From Eledone cirrhosa (taxonomy: Eukaryota): a stretch of 64,000 bases of DNA. Where the stretch lies: NCBI GenBank assembly GCA_964016885.1, contig OZ024753.1:38316001-38380000 (forward strand), written 5' to 3'. Made by a program: the position numbers and the translations under genes. Under the pieces are notes generated by a model. The model worked only from the letters and a program-made list of their open reading frames with translations. It was not told the DNA's origin and did no database searches. Each line of letters opens with the position of its first letter. Within the stretch, counting starts at the first letter, position 1. Of the stretch, positions 61,301 through 64,000 are shown one piece after another.

Positions 61301-64000
61301 CAACACTACCATCACTACCACTATCACCACAACCTCCACCACCAACGCTACTATCACTAGCACAACCAACACCATCATCACAGCAGCAACAACACCACCA
61401 CCACTACTACCACAACCAACACTACCATCACTACCACTATCACCACAACCTCCACCACCAACGCTACTATCACTAGCACAACCAACACCATCATCACAGC
61501 AGCAACAACACCACCACCACTACTACCACAACCAACACTACCATCACTACCACTATCACCACAACCTCCACCACCAACGCTACTATCACTAGCACAACCA
61601 ACACCATCATCACAGCAGCAACAACACCACCACCACTACTACCACAACCAACACTACCATCACTACCACTATCACCACAACCTCCACCACCAACGCTACT
61701 ATCACTAGCACAACCAACACCATCATCACAGCAGCAACAACACCACCACCACTACTACCACAACCAACACTACCATCACTACCACTATCACCACAACCTC
61801 CACCACCAACGCTACTATCACTAGCACAACCAACACCATCATCACAGCAACAACACCACCACCACTACTACCACAACCAACACTACCATCACTACCACTA
61901 TCACCACAACCTCCACCACCAACGCTACTATCACTAGCACAACCAACACCATCATCACAGCAACAACACCACCACCACTACTACCACAACCAACACTACC
62001 ATCACTACCACTATCACCACAACCTCCACCACCAACGCTACTATCACTAGCACAACCAACACCATCATCACAGCAACAACACCACCACCACTACTACCAC
62101 AACCAACACTACCATCACTACCACTATCACCACAACCTCCACCACCAACGCTACTATCACTAGCACAACCAACACCATCATCACAGCAACAACACCACCA
62201 CCACTACTACCACAACCAACACTACCATCACTACCACTATCACCACAACCTCCACCACCAACGCTACTATCACTAGCACAACCAACACCATCATCACAGC
62301 AACAACACCACCACCACTACTACCACAACCAACACTACCATCACTACCACTATCACCACAACCTCCACCACCAACGCTACTATCACTAGCACAACCAACA
62401 CCATCATCACAGCAACAACACCACCACCACTACTACCACAACCAACACTACCATCACTACCACTATCACCACAACCTCCACCACCAACGCTACTATCACT
62501 AGCACAACCAACACCATCATCACAGCAGCAACAACACCACCACCACTACTACCACAACCAACACTACCATCACTACCACTATCACCACAACCTCCACCAC
62601 CAACGCTACTATCACTAGCACAACCAACACCATCATCACAGCAGCAACAACACCACCACCACTACTACCACAACCAACACTACCATCACTACCACTATCA
62701 CCACAACCTCCATCACCAACGCTACTATCACTAGCACAACCAACACCATCATCACAGCAGCAACAACACCACCACCACTACTACCACAACCAACACTACC
62801 ATCACTACCACTATCACCACAACCTCCATCACCAACGCTACTATCACTAGCACAACCAACACCATCATCACAGCAGCAACAACACCACCACCACTACTAC
62901 CACAACCAACACTACCATCACTACCACTATCACCACAACCTCCACCACCAACGCTACTATCACTAGCACAACCAACACCATCATCACAGCAGCAACAACA
63001 CCACCACCACTACTACCACAACCAACACTACCATCACTACCACTATCACCACAACCTCCATCACCAACGCTACTATCACTAGCACAACCAACACCATCAT
63101 CACAGCAGCAACAACACCACCACCACTACTACCACAACCAACACTACCATCACTACCACTATCACCACAACCTCCATCACCAACGCTACTATCACTAGCA
63201 CAACCAACACCATCATCACAGCAGCAACAACACCACCACCACTACTACCACAACCAACACTACCATCACTACCACTATCACCACAACCTCCACCACCAAC
63301 GCTACTATCACTAGCACAACCAACACCATCATCACAGCAGCAACAACACCACCACCACTACTACCACAACCAACACTACCATCACTACCACTATCACCAC
63401 AACCTCCACCACCAACGCTACTATCACTAGCACAACCAACACCATCATCACAGCAGCAACAACACCACCACCACTACTACCACAACCAACACTACCATCA
63501 CTACCACTATCACCACAACCTCCACCACCAACGCTACTATGACTAGCACAACCAACACCATCATCACAGCAACAACACCACCACCACTACTACCACAACC
63601 AACACTACCATCACTACCACTATCACCACAACCTCCACCACCAACGCTACTATGACTAGCACAACCAACACCATCATCACAGCAACAACACCACCACCAC
63701 TACTACCACAACCAACACTACCATCACTACCACTATCACCACAACCTCCATCACCAACGCTACTATCACTAGCACAACCAACACCATCATCACAGCAGCA
63801 ACAACACCACCACCACTACTACCACAACCAACACTACCATCACTACTACTATCACCACAACCTCCACCACCAACGCTACTATCACTAGCACAACCAACAC
63901 CATCATCACAGCAGCAACAACACCACCACCACTACTACCACAACCAACACTACCATCACTACCACTATCACCACAACCTCCACCACCAACGCTACTATCA
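58310..64000. repeat. C/A-rich satellite with 113/116 bp unit, about 44 copies, running off the right edge
   Basis: CAACGCT starts at 59041, 59154, 59267, 59380 and 59496; preceded by shorter 21-42 bp precursor repeats. Confidence 0.95.

Overview
AT-rich, intron-rich animal genomic DNA. The dense (TA)n/(CA)n microsatellites and the SINE/RTE repertoire look like an octopus/coleoid cephalopod (inference, not verified). Four spliced genes were reconstructed by hand with GT-AG, phase-consistent junctions. (1) PNISR/SFRS18, minus strand, 9 coding exons at 15524..320, running off the left edge. (2) COQ3, plus strand, 5 exons, complete. (3) Importin-alpha of the alpha-2/KPNA2 type, minus strand, 11 coding exons, complete. 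(4) CEP43/FGFR1OP, plus strand, 10 exons, with no stop found in the window. PNISR/COQ3 and KPNA2/CEP43 are head-to-head; COQ3/KPNA2 are tail-to-tail with abutting polyA signals. Introns hold tRNA-derived SINEs, TTAA-flanked piggyBac-type MITEs, decayed RTE and RLE LINE pieces, minisatellites and a >5 kb C/A-rich satellite. Most notable observations: an EF-hand-like pair spliced into CEP43; a cluster of Penelope-type hammerhead-ribozyme-like motifs between PNISR and COQ3; stop-introducing alternative acceptors and hairpins in the 7.5 kb PNISR intron; a CCAAT-CCAAT-CHR promoter on KPNA2 back-to-back with an X-box-like CEP43 promoter. Most long ORFs in the supplied track are microsatellite or satellite artefacts.
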